DNA of 64,000 bases, from assembly GCA_964016885.1 (NCBI GenBank), contig OZ024743.1, forward strand, positions 59,520,001-59,584,000, given 5' to 3'. Below are positions 30,628-45,716 of this stretch, in pieces. Position 1 is the first letter of the stretch. Every line of letters begins with the position of its first letter. The translations under genes and the position numbers were made by a program. This DNA comes from Eledone cirrhosa (Eukaryota). The notes under the pieces were generated by a model. It ran no database searches. It had not been told where the DNA came from and saw only the letters and a program-made list of their open reading frames with translations.

Positions 30628-30747
30628 AACTATAGTAGGTAAAGTCAATTTTTTAAAATTTATTTTGAAACTTTTTCATTATTTGCTAAACCTTGTTTAT
30701 ATATGTTCTGGCTCGTTAATTTATTAACCTGCCATTGAACCACATTG

Positions 30748-32007
<1,260 letters not shown>

Positions 32008-34132
32008 ATCATCATCATCATCATCATTTTACGTCCGCTTTTCCCTGCTTGCAAGGGTGGGACGGGTCTTATTCAGCACAGCATCTCGCCACTCGTCACG
32101 GTCCCTCGTCATCTCCACCGTGAGCTTCAATGATCTGAGGTCTGTTCTCACCACCTCCGCCCATGTTTTTCGTGGTCTACCTCTACCACGTCTTCCTTCA
32201 ACTGGCATTTCCTGGCACTTCTTCACCCATCGGTCATCCTCCATGCGCATTACATGTCCATACCACCTCAGTCTCCTCTCCCGTACACTACATTCTATCC
32301 CTCTCAGACACAGTTTCTCTCTCAACACATTTATGCTGGGTCGTTCACGCACATTTACACTGCACATCCAACGGAGCATGCTTGCCTCATTTCTCTCCAG
32401 CCGTCGCATATCCTCTGCGGTTGCTGCCCATGTCTCAATACCATGCAGCATCGCGCTCCTCACACAGGCATCATACAACCGGCCTTTCGTACGCAGGGAG
32501 AAACCCTTCTTCTTCAACAGAGGAAGCAGCTCCCTAAACTTCTTCCAACCCGTCCTTATTCTAGATACTATGGCCTCGGAACACTCTCCTCCCATGCTAA
32601 TCTGATCTCCTAGGTACCGGAAGCTATCCACCACTTCTAAAGCGCCCTCTCGCATTTGAAAAATGTGTCTATCAGTGCGACTTCTACTGTCTAATTTCCC
32701 TGTACATCTGCTGCATACATATTTCTCACTACCTGTTAGTTTGCCTGCTATCCCGCTACATCTCTTGTGTACCCAGGACCTGCATTGTGTGCATTTTATA
32801 GAATTTATGCCAGTTCCTTTTCTGCATATCGAACATGGCCATTTCCCTGACGGAATCAGGGTTTGTCCTCTTTTCTACTCATCAACACTTTTGTCTTAGC
32901 TAGATTTACTCTCAGTCCTCTTGCTTCCAACTGCTGTTTCCATAGCCGGAATTTATTCTCTAGCTCCTCTACTGATTCTGCCATAAGAGCCAGATCGTCA
33001 GCATAGAGAAGTTCCCATGGACAGCCAGTCTTAAACTCCTCTGTTATGGCTTGGAGGACTATAATGAACAAGAGCGGGCTGAGGACCGAACCCTGATGCA
33101 CTCCTACTTGTATCTGGAATTCCTCACTAAACTCCATTCCTACCCTGACTTTACTGAGAGTACCTCTGTACAAAGTTTGCACTGTCCTCACAAGCCATTC
33201 CTCAATACCCAGCATCCTTAGGGACCACCAGATGATAGATCGGGGTACCCTATCAAAGGCCTTCTCTAGGTCAACAAAGGCTAAGTATAGTGGCTTATTC
33301 TTCTCTAAGAACCTCTCTTGCATTTGTCTCACCAAGAAGAGAGCATCTGTTGTACTCTTCCCAGGCACAAAACCAAACTGCATCTCATCTAGTTTGACCC
33401 TTTCTCTAATTAGTTGTGCTAAAATCCTTTCTGCCACTTTCATAACCTGATCTATCAGTTTTCTACCCCTATAATTGCTCCTCTCCAAAGCATCCCCTTT
33501 ACCTTTGTAGCAATTTATGAGAATACTGCTGCACCAGTCTTTGGGTATGACACCACCATATATAGCCTGATTGATGATGCGTGCAACCAGTTTAGTGCCT
33601 ACGTCCCCTGATGCCTTCAGCATCTCAGCAACTATTCCCGATGGTCCGGCCGCCTTACCATTTTTCATTTCCCTAATCGCCTCTTGGACCCTATATTCGT
33701 CAATCTCAATAGCTGGTCCCCCTGTCGGATCTACCAAGGGTAATTTCTCTCTCTCCCATTCGTTCTCCACATTCATCAGTCTCTCATAATGGCATTTCCA
33801 GGCCTCCTTTTTCTGGTCATTCGTGACACTAAGTACACCGGCATCATCCCGGACACATTTATCACCAACAACATCCTGATTTGCATTGACACACTGCCTT
33901 GCAATGTGGAACACCGCACGCCTCTGATCTTCCCGTCGCAGCACATTGGCAAACATCCTACTCTCTGCCTCCCTGCGTGCTAAGTACACCTGACGTCTAG
34001 CTTCTCTCTTAGTGGCTGTATATTCTTCCCTACTCCCACCCTTTTTCCAAGCCTTCCATGCTAGTCTTTTGTCTCTAATAGCCTTATCTACTGTGCTGTT
34101 CCACCACCAGGTCACTCTCTGTCTGGTTGGAG
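32008..34132 (-). mobile_element. 5'-truncated RTE-clade LINE; RT with inserted PHD finger, one frameshift, (TGA)n tail
   Basis: [71 protein letters not shown]. 1-nt frameshift near 32863. (TCA)n at 32008-32026. Confidence 0.93.
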
Positions 34133-34227
34133 ATATATATGGATGTATGTATATATATATATATATGGATGTATGTATATATATATATATATATATGTAG
34201 GTATGTATATATATATATATATGTATG

Positions 34228-34258
<31 letters not shown>

Positions 34259-34279
34259 ATATATATGTATGTATGTATG

Positions 34280-34332
<53 letters not shown>

Positions 34333-34351
34333 ATATATATATATATATATG

Positions 34352-34392
<41 letters not shown>

Positions 34393-34409
34393 ATATATAT
34401 ATATATATG

Positions 34410-34458
<49 letters not shown>

Positions 34459-34559
34459 GTATGTATGTATATATATATATATATATATGTATGTATATAT
34501 ATATATATATATATGTATGTATATATATATATATATGTATGTATATATATATATATATG

Positions 34560-34647
<88 letters not shown>

Positions 34648-34649
34648 TG
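34133..34649. repeat. (TA)n/(TATG)n tract between two head-to-head LINEs
   Basis: Directly visible; it supplies the spurious N-terminus of the 1027-aa ORF. Confidence 0.95.
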
Positions 34650-37355
34650 TGATCAGTGCAAAAACCAATCTGTTGGTGAGGGAAATAATGCCTATCTCCC
34701 CGCGAGTGTTGAGGGTGACATTCAATGGAAACCCAAGACTGACAGTCATTTCAGCCTATAGTCCAACCGAGGGGGACAGTGATGTGAATGCCGAGGAGTT
34801 CCATGAGGAGGTGTGTAGAGCTGTCAACACCACTCAGGCACACAATATCCTGCTTGTTTTGGGGGACTTCAATGCACATCTGAGTAAGGAGGGCAGTGAA
34901 GATCCTTGCTGGTACATCCATAACAACACCAACCGAAATGGAAGCCTACTGAGAGACACCCTGCTGGAGGCGAACTTGATGGCGACCAACCTAAGGTTTA
35001 GGAAGAATCTGGGGAAGATGTGGACCTACATCTCAGATATGCACCTGTCCAAGTCCCAGATTGATTTCATTCTGGTGAGGAAAAAGTGGCGGAATAGTGT
35101 TCTGAACACGGAACCATACAGCTATTTCAGTACACTGGGTAGTGAGCACCAGCTTGTTATGAGTGAGGTCCGCGTGAGCTTAAGAAAGAGCAAGGCTCAG
35201 CCCCGGAGAACAATCTATGACTGGGGAGCTTTCAAGGAAGATGATAAGCTACAGGAGAGGTTCACAGTGGAAGTGAGAAACAGGTTTAGTGCTCTGTGTG
35301 GAGAGTCAGAGGAGAGAGAGATTGGATGGACTGAGGAGAGTGTGACGAGGAGGTACGGGCACTTCACCAATGCAGTGGCGAAAGCAAGTGAAACCCTGGT
35401 GCCGAGGAAAAAGAACAAAGGGAAGCACGTCAGCTCTGCAAACCCAAAAGTATGTGCAGCCAGAGAACACCTGAAAGCTGCCAGGGACCAATTCTATGCT
35501 GATCCTACGGAGGAGAGGATGGAGACTGTGGAGGTGATGAGGGAAGAGCTCTGTACCGCTTACACTGAGGTCAGAGAGGAGGCACTGATAGAGAAGATCA
35601 GAAGTGTGGAGAGAGCGGTTGACAGATCTGGATGTAAGGAGAGCTGGATGATCATCAACGAGATCACAGGGAGGAAGAAAAGGTGTTCGAGTCAGATCCA
35701 GGGAACGGGGCCCGAGGATAGGAAGAGGAAATGGCTAGACCATTTTAGGACCCTACTAGGAGAGCCACCCTCCACAGCCCAGAGCACTGGGGAGATCAGG
35801 CGGCTGTTTGAGGAACTGGATGTTGAGACAGAGCCCTTCACCAGAGAGGAGCTTCAGAGAGCCAAGAAGAAGATCAAGGAGGGCAAGGCTCATGGAGAGG
35901 ATGGAGTGGCATCAGAGGTGATGAAGAGGTGTGATTTTGATGATATCATCCTGGGGTTCTGTAACGGGGCACTGGAGAAAGGAGTTGCCCCGAATCAGTG
36001 GAGGATCAGTAACATCGTCCCAGTGCCAAAGAAGGGAGATCTCTCTAACACCAACAACTACCGGGGGATCTCACTGACGTCACTTGTGGCAAAGACCCTC
36101 AACAGGATGATTCTTAACAGGATCCAGCCTGAGATGGAGAAGAAGCTCAGGGACAATCAGAACGGCTTCAGAGAGGGTAGATCAACCACCAGTCACATCC
36201 TGATGCTGAGGAGGATATTAGAGGGAGCTAGAGCAAAGTGCCTTTCTGCGGTCATGGTCTTCATTGACTTTAGGAAGGCCTTTGATTCTGTGGACCGTTA
36301 CTGCCTGATGAAGATCTTACAGGCTTATGGAATCCCCAAGAGGATAGTGGACCTGATATCACTGCTCTACACCAACACCAAAGCCCAAGTCATTACACCT
36401 GATGGGATGACAGAGTTCTTTGAGATACTGGCTGGAGTGCTCCAGGGAGATACATTGGCTCCCTACCTTTTTATCATCGTAGTGGACTATTGTATGCGCC
36501 TTGCACTGGAGAAACATCAGGACTCTGGCTTTACTGTAGCACCGGCTCAGAGCAGGAGAGTTGGGGCGAAAAAGGTATTGGATGCTGAATTTGCCGACGA
36601 CATAGTTTTGGTGACAAATACAGTGAAGGAGGCAGAGGATTTGATGCGGGAGGTTGAGACTGTGTCGATGAGTGTGGGGCTGAGAATGAATGAGACTAAA
36701 ACAAAATATCTGGTAGAGAATGTTGAGAAGCCAGAGGGGATCACTAATGTAGGCGGGAAGCCGCTGGAATTGGTTGAGGACTTCCTGTATTTGGGAGCAA
36801 AGATTGGGAATACGGAAGATGATGTGGTTGAGAGGAAGAGCAAGGCCTGGGCGGCGTGTCACAGCTTGAGATCGGTGTGGAAGTCGGACCTTCGTAGAGA
36901 CCTGAACATCCGGCTCTTCATTGCTGTAGTGGAGTCTGTGCTGCTGTATGGGTCTGAGACTTGGACACTGACCAAGAGACTCACTCAGATGGTGGATGGG
37001 TGCTACACGAGAATGCTGAGGATGGCTCTGAACATTAATCAGTATACACTGAGGATGAAAAACTCAGAGCTGTATGGGAGCATCCCAAAAGTCAGCTCAA
37101 AAGTGACACAGAGAAGACGGAGGTTGGCTGGACATGCTCACCGACATCCAGAGTTGACATTGCACTCAGTGCTCCTTTGGGAGCCCCTACATGGACACAC
37201 TAGAATATGAAGACCAAGGTTAACATATGTTGATGCCCTAGGGACAGAGACTGGTCCGTTGGAGATGCAGGATATGGCAGCGATAATGAGGGACAGAGAC
37301 CGCTGGAGAGAACTCGTCCATGGATCTTGGGAATTTTAACCGCCTTAGATAGAGA
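34650..37355 (+). mobile_element. 5'-truncated RTE-like LINE: partial AP endonuclease plus RT, one nonsense codon near the C-terminus
   Basis: [65 protein letters not shown] at 37208 interrupts (G)RPRLTY...DRDRWRELV. Confidence 0.93.
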
Positions 37356-39226
<1,871 letters not shown>

Positions 39227-39363
39227 TAGAAAGTGAGGTTTTTTTTACAAAATGAAAAATAACCGAGGTGTCCTACACGAGTGGAAGTATAAAGAAAAAG
39301 GGATGAAATCGAAAATGCAACTGAAGTCTTATTTTTTTAAAAAATATATATATTTATTTGTCT

Positions 39364-39401
39364 CCTTTACCGGTTTCGCAGTTCTTCTGCTTTTCAAAAG
39401 G
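39364..39401 (-). ncRNA. Minimal type I hammerhead with U3-A8 core pair
   Basis: CCTT-TTGAAAA-GCAG aagaa CTGC-GAAA-CCGG-TA/AAGG; palindromic ACCGGT stem III. Confidence 0.78.
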
Positions 39402-40098
39402 TGAGTTGAGATGGAGGGTCTGTGGTTTTTCTCATGTGAGGATGAAAAAAAGGGGAGGAGATGAGAGTGAAGGTGGAAAGGGAGAGATGGGTGATAGAGA
39501 GAAAGAGATAGTTTTTATAACTGAGAAAAAGATATAATGTTTTAATATAGAGAGGTTGGGAACCGTTGGAAGATAATGTATAAATTAAAGGAATTTGAAA
39601 ATTAACGAAGGGAAATTATGTATGAAGATAGAGAGAAAAAAATAATAATTGTGGGTGAATATTCTAACGTCAAAAGAAGAAATGTATGTATTGTGGGAAT
39701 TTCAAAATTAGCAAAGAGAAAAATGTTAAGGTTTATGTGTAGAAGGATTTGAGAAAAATAATGTGAAGCTAAAGTTTGTATATTGAATTCATATGTATTA
39801 ATAATGAGTTCGTTGATGGGGAGAAAAAAAAAAATAATAATAAATTAAGGATGAAATTGAGATTAAAAAGATTTATGATAGAGAGAAAAAATAATAATGA
39901 TTGCGGATGAATACTCAAAATGTCAAAAACAAATGTTATTGTTTTACGAGAAGATAGAATGAGGGTAATGAGTAAACGAGTATTATAGAGTGTATAATGC
40001 CCTTTAAAGTAAGGTAGATGGGTATATTTTAAAGAATATATGAGTATATATTAAAAAAAAATATAATAATAAATTAAGGATGAAATTGAGATTAAATT

Positions 40099-41445
40099 CC
40101 TCAACTTCGCGGTGGAATTTATCGTGACGATGGACTCTTTACTATCCTAAATTGCAATATAGTTAAACTTAATATTATTAAGAACAATATACGTAATCTC
40201 TTTAACCAACATAACCTAAAAATTGAATTTGATAATAGTATCAAACTAGCTAATTTCTTGGATGTATCTCTTAATCTTGACACTGGCCTATATTACCCTT
40301 ACCATAAAAACAATGAGAATCTTAATTATGTTAACTTTAAATCTAACCATCCTACCAATATCAAGAATGCTATAGTTAATAATATTGGAAATAGAATATC
40401 TAACATATCTTCTAATAAAAACATCTTTGATGCTAACGCCAATTACTATAATAACGCACTTTCTAAAGCCGGCTATCCAGATAAAATCAAATATAATAAA
40501 GAAACAAATTCTAGGAAAACTTACAGTAGAATATTTAATCATAACCATTCCAATAATTTTAATAAAAGACCTAGATACAAAAACATAATCTGGTATAATG
40601 CTCCTTTCTCCATCTCTATTAATAACAATATTCCTAAATTATTTTTTAGTTCCTTAAATAAATGCTTCCCTCCCTCACATATCTATAGTAAAATATTTAA
40701 CAAACACACCATCAAATTTTCGTATTCTACATCCTCCAATATTTCCAACATCATCTCTAAACACAACAACAAAATATTAAATACTAAATCTCTTCCTTCC
40801 AATATTGAATTTCATAATAACAGTAATAGTACTCCTGACGTCATTGTAAACCCTAGGCTAACTTCTGTAAACCCAAATGCAACGTCAAACACAACTTCGC
40901 TAAATGTTCATAATCCAACTCTAAATCAAGAAACTATTATTCCTATCGCAAACAACTTCTCCAATCCAATTCCTTCTATAGATAACACTAGATCACTCAT
41001 TAATAATCTCTCTAATTGCAACTGCCGCATTAAAAATAAATGTCCTCTCAACAAACATTGCCTCGATAAAAACTTAATTTATGAATGTAAAATTATAACT
41101 AGCACCAATTCCTTCACCTATTTTGGCTCCACTTCCACCTCTTTTAAAGCTCGTCTCTATAATCATCATTCATCTTTCAAATACAAACTTAAAAGAACTA
41201 ACACTGCTCTCTCAGAACTCATATGGTCCTTAAAAGACAAAAACATTAAATATAACATCTTTTGGAAAAAGATTTCTTCTGCATCCTCATACTTGAACAG
41301 CTCTCTATCTAAAATCTGTAATCTCTGCCTAAATGAAAAATTTACCATTATCTCTAACCTAGAATCCATAATAAATAGACGCTCAGATTTGTTTTCTATC
41401 TGCCTGCATAAATTCCATAGAACTTTTCACAAAGTATACAGTTAA
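40099..41445 (+). CDS. PLE RT C-terminal half plus GIY-YIG endonuclease (5'-truncated, uninterrupted frame)
   Basis: The frame upstream of the 40258 ORF is open and gives GIYRDDGLF, then NFLDVSLNL, SNHP, IIWYNAPFS, CNCRIKNKCPLNKHCL, LIYECKI...YFGST, CNLCLNEK. Confidence 0.85.
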   Translation, partial: PQLRGGIYRDDGLFTILNCNIVKLNIIKNNIRNLFNQHNLKIEFDNSIKLANFLDVSLNLDTGLYYPYHKNNENLNYVNFKSNHPTNIKNAIVNNIGNRISNISSNKNIFDANANYYNNALSKAGYPDKIKYNKETNSRKTYSRIFNHNHSNNFNKRPRYKNIIWYNAPFSISINNNIPKLFFSSLNKCFPPSHIYSKIFNKHTIKFSYSTSSNISNIISKHNNKILNTKSLPSNIEFHNNSNSTPDVIVNPRLTSVNPNATSNTTSLNVHNPTLNQETIIPIANNFSNPIPSIDNTRSLINNLSNCNCRIKNKCPLNKHCLDKNLIYECKIITSTNSFTYFGSTSTSFKARLYNHHSSFKYKLKRTNTALSELIWSLKDKNIKYNIFWKKISSASSYLNSSLSKICNLCLNEKFTIISNLESIINRRSDLFSICLHKFHRTFHKVYS

Positions 41446-42028
41446 TATTCAATTCTTTATCAATTTAGAATCTTTTCTCAAAGGCACATATACATACACC
41501 TCTTTAAAATATACCCATCTACCTTACTTTAAAGGGCATTATACACTCTATAATACTCGTTTACTCATTACCCTCATTCTATCTTCTCGTAAAACAATAA
41601 CATTTGTTTTTGACATTTTGAATATTCATCCGCAATCATTATTATTTTTTCTCTCTATCATAAATCTTTTTAATCTCAATTTCATCCTTAATTTATTATT
41701 ATATTTTTTTAAATATATACTCATATATTCTTTAAAATATACCCATCTACCTTACTTTAAAGGGCATTATACACTCTATAATACTCGTTTACTCATTACC
41801 CTCATTCTATCTTCTCGTAAAACAATAACATTTGTTTTTGACATTTTGAGTATTCATCCGCAATCATTATTATTTTTTCTCTCTATCATAAATCTTTTTA
41901 ATCTCAATTTCATCCTTAATTTATTATTATTATTTTTTTTTTTCTCCCCATCAACGAACTCATTATTAATACATATGAATTCAATATATATATATATGTA
42001 TGTATATATATAAATATATATATATATG

Positions 42029-42077
<49 letters not shown>

Positions 42078-42228
42078 ATATATATATATATGTATGTATA
42101 TATATATATATATATGTGTATGTATATATATATGTATGTATGTATATATATATATGTATGTATATATATATATATATATATGTGTATGTATATATGTATG
42201 TATATATATATATATAATATATATATAT

Positions 42229-44563
42229 AGTTATAATAATAAATTCGAAGACTAAAATCCAAAGAGGGCTCGATAAGGATAGATATATATCAAATATATA
42301 AGAACCGTAGAGCAAATATTTATTAAAATAACAGATTAAAGTTTAAGCAAAGAATCGCTGCTTTCACCCTTAACGGGATTTTCTGAAACTAACAAAGTCA
42401 ATCTGTAAATGCAGAACTGGATATTTCAAAAAACGTTGCAACATAAATATAGTAAAATGTTTAATAGAAATACTTTTAACATTTCTTACTCTACGAATCC
42501 TAACCTTGCACATAACATCACAGCTTCAAATTTAGCTAAACTACCTAGCCGTAGGAACACGTGCAACCCTGTAGTTAGTACTAACTGTAATTGTAGGAAT
42601 CGGGCTGATTGCCCCCTATCCGGGAAATTCCTCTATAGTAACATTGTCTACAAATGTAAGGTTGTAACACCCACGTCCCGTAGGGACTACATAGGGTTAA
42701 CCGCCAATAGTTTCACGCAGCGTCTTTACATGCATACCAATTCTTTTCGTTACACTCTAAGAAGGAATATGACGTCACTTTCAGCTTATATCTGGAGTCT
42801 AAAAGACAACCACACCCAATATAAGTTACACTGGGAGATCCTAGCTAGGGCTAGATCGTATAACGGAAATAAAAAACCATGTGACCTCTGCGCCGCGGAG
42901 GCCCTGGAAATAATCTACGCCACAGACCACATCTTAAACAGAAAATCTGAGGCAATTTCGGCTTGTAAACATAAATTGCACAAAACATTCCTGTATTACA
43001 GCCCCACGTTATACCCTAACGGATAGTACGATCTATACGTGGATATTTCACGTCTTGATGTGGGAGCTAAGTATATGTTTTGTTTATTGCTTTACTTATT
43101 TGCATAGGTAAGTATATATTACCCGTTTGTTTTGTGAAGGTACGTATACCTTCTCGTACCTATATTTGATTGTTATGGCGTATAATTTTATATATCCTGG
43201 TACATAGGGTTTGGCTATATGTATACGGGAGTTTTGCGTCTGTGTGAGTATGCAGGTTTGTACGTATGGTGGGTGCGTGTATATGTGTACTTCTTGTTTT
43301 AGTTGACTTACGTCTCCGAACATTCGTGTATTTATATGTAGGTATGTGTGTGCGCTTGTTATATACGTATTTAATTATTTATATACGTTTATATAATTAT
43401 TTATTTATTTGTATACACGCATACACACACACACATATTTATATGTGCGTGGTTTTGTATACCTATGGTAATGTTTAACGTATGCTTGTGTATGTACGTA
43501 TTTGTTTGCTTGTGTATGTACGTATTTATTTATTTCTATTACTTCTGTATTGTATTTATTTATTTTGTTCTTAACTCTGTAGTGGAGATTCATTTGGTCT
43601 CCTAGTTAGAATGTTAGTCTACGACTTCTGCTATACCATTTATGTGGTTCGGTCTTTGCGTGCTATTGTTCTCCACGGTCCACATATGACGTATTATCTT
43701 CGATTTTTCGTTCATTGCCAGAGAACGTCTCTATGCACCACCTAAGAGAACATTAGTCTACGACCTCTTTTATATCATAAACGTGGTTCTGTCTTTGCGC
43801 GTAATTGCTTTTCACCGCTCCTATTAATGACGTATTATTCGTTTTTTCCCTTTCTTTGCCAGCGAACGTTTCCACGAACCAAAGTATCGTCTTCCTGTCT
43901 TCCCCCGGCTGCAACGTTTTTTGAAATATCCAGTTCTCCGTTTACAGATTGACTTTGTTAGTTTCAGAAGATCCCGTTAAGTGTGAAAGCAGCGATTATT
44001 TGTGAAAGCTGGCTAAGAACGGGAAAAAAGAATATAATACGTCATTAATAGGAGCGGTGAAAAACAATTACGCGCAAAGACAGAACCACGTTTATAGTAT
44101 AATAGAGGTCGTAGACTAATGTTCTCTTAGGTGGTGCATAGAGACGTTCTCTGGCGATGAACGAAAAAAACGAAGATAATACGTCATATATGGACCGTGA
44201 AGAACAATAGCACGCAAAGACCAAACCACGTAAATGGTATAGCAGAAGTCGTCGACTAAATTCTAACTAGGAGACCGAATGAATCTCCGCTACGGAGTTA
44301 AGAACAAAGTAAATAAATACAATACAGAAGTAATAGAAATAAATAAATACATACACGCAAACAGAAACGTACATACACAAGCATACGCAAAAACTTACCA
44401 TAGGTAAACAAAACCACGCACATATAAATATGTGTGTGTGTGTAAGCGTGTATACACATAAAAAAATAATTATATAAACGTATATAAATAAATAAATACG
44501 TATATAACAAGCGCACACACATACCTACATGTAAATACACGAATGTTCGGAGACGTAAGTCAA
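42229..44563 (+). mobile_element. Naiad-like PLE fragment with inverted segments on both sides
   Basis: 42229-42440 is an inverted pLTR end, 42441-43026 is a GIY-YIG ORF, the 3' UTR runs to ~44000, and ~44010-44563 is an inverted, diverged copy of ~43300-43865. Confidence 0.88.
42441..43026 (+). CDS. PLE GIY-YIG endonuclease domain (5'-truncated)
   Basis: HKYSKMFNRNTFNISYS, CNCRNRADCPLSGKFL, IVYKCKV...DYIGLT, CDLCAAE, LNRKSE...CKHK. Confidence 0.85.
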
Positions 44564-44611
44564 CCAATAGTCAACATTTATAAACCGAAAATACACACAT
44601 ATATATACATG

Positions 44612-44690
<79 letters not shown>

Positions 44691-44697
<7 letters not shown>

Positions 44698-45526
44698 GAT
44701 ACAGCCAATTTTCCACACAATACAATTAGTTAGCACCCCGAACGTTTAATTAGGAATATACTCAGGTATTTCCGAACGTTTCTTGAGTGAGTTGGAATTT
44801 GGCCGGAGTATCCCTATTAGCTTTCTCCGATTATGTATTTATATATTTACTCTTGGAGCAACAGATATGAACTTTCCCGATATAAGGTATGACTCTCCTT
44901 GTTTATATTTTTATATGAATATTGATTGCTTGTTCTTGTATCTCATTCTGTTATTTTGCCCGAGAAAATATCTATGTGTCATCAAGCGATGCGCACATTT
45001 TTTCATATCAGATTGAGTTCTAGCACGTGGATTGAATTCTTTTCAGAATTCATTGACCTGCACATGTATTGTTTTTTTGGCGGTAATCTCCTTCCTCCTA
45101 TTTTCGAGACAGTGTGAGATTTTCTTTAGAACTGTTGGACTAACAACCTAGCAGCTCCCTCTAGCACTGATGGTGATTATCGCTAAATATTGATGTTTAT
45201 TTGGTTATCAATATTAATATTATTGGGCTCCCACTGAAGAATTATAAGAGCCCACTTGAATAAGAATCTGTTGATCTTATACAAGCTTCTACATAAATTG
45301 GTATAATTTCACCCAACTTGTAGAAATCTTATAGTGAAACGAGACGTCCGTCTGGGAAGAAATATATTTAATATATCTCATATGAAATGATACAGCCAAT
45401 TTTCCACACAATACAATTAGTTAGCACCCCGAATGTTTAATTAGGAATATACTCTGGTATTTCCTAATATTTGTTGAGTGAGTTGGAATTTGGCCGGAGT
45501 ATCGCTAATAGCTTTCCCCGATTATG

Positions 45527-45530
<4 letters not shown>
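44691..45530 (+). mobile_element. Retrozyme-like non-coding unit, 691-nt period with ~145-nt terminal redundancy
   Basis: 44691-44839 is repeated at 45382-45530. HHR at 45229-45357. (TA)n on both sides; no recognisable ORF. Confidence 0.8.
45229..45357 (+). ncRNA. Type I hammerhead ribozyme with branched stem II
   Basis: TCCCA-CTGAAGA-ATTATAAGA..(77 nt, two hairpins)..TCTTATAGT-GAAA-CG agacgtc CG-TC/TGGGA; GUC triplet at 45350-52. Confidence 0.85.
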
Positions 45531-45592
<62 letters not shown>

Positions 45593-45654
45593 CCATATAT
45601 ATACATATATACAATGATATTAAATAAATGGAAACTATATTTATAAAATCATAT

Positions 45655-45716
45655 TTCTTCTATTATATAAATTTCAAGAGTACCAAACTTTTGGTACGCT
45701 ATCATCAGATAAAATA
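45655..45716 (-). ncRNA. Type I hammerhead in a pLTR-like repeat (family shared with 55532-55900, 58879-59236, 63673-63790)
   Basis: TAT-CTGATGA-TAGC GTACCAA aagt TTGGTAC TCTT-GAAA-TTTATATA/ATA. Confidence 0.65.

Larger units (their letters stand above)
28949..30747 (-). mobile_element. Retrozyme-like non-autonomous element: 3.2 tandem copies of a 486-nt unit plus an inverted 224-nt segment
   Basis: Units start at 28949, 29436, 29921 and 30407 and are nearly identical. 30524-30747 is inverted. One HHR per unit; embedded in (TA)n. Confidence 0.88.
39227..41983 (+). mobile_element. 5'-truncated Naiad-like PLE with inverted pLTR (39227-40096)
   Basis: ~39784-40096 is the reverse complement of the 3' UTR ~41670-41983. 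The 3' UTR has a ~230-bp tandem duplication. Flanked by (TA)n. Confidence 0.88.
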
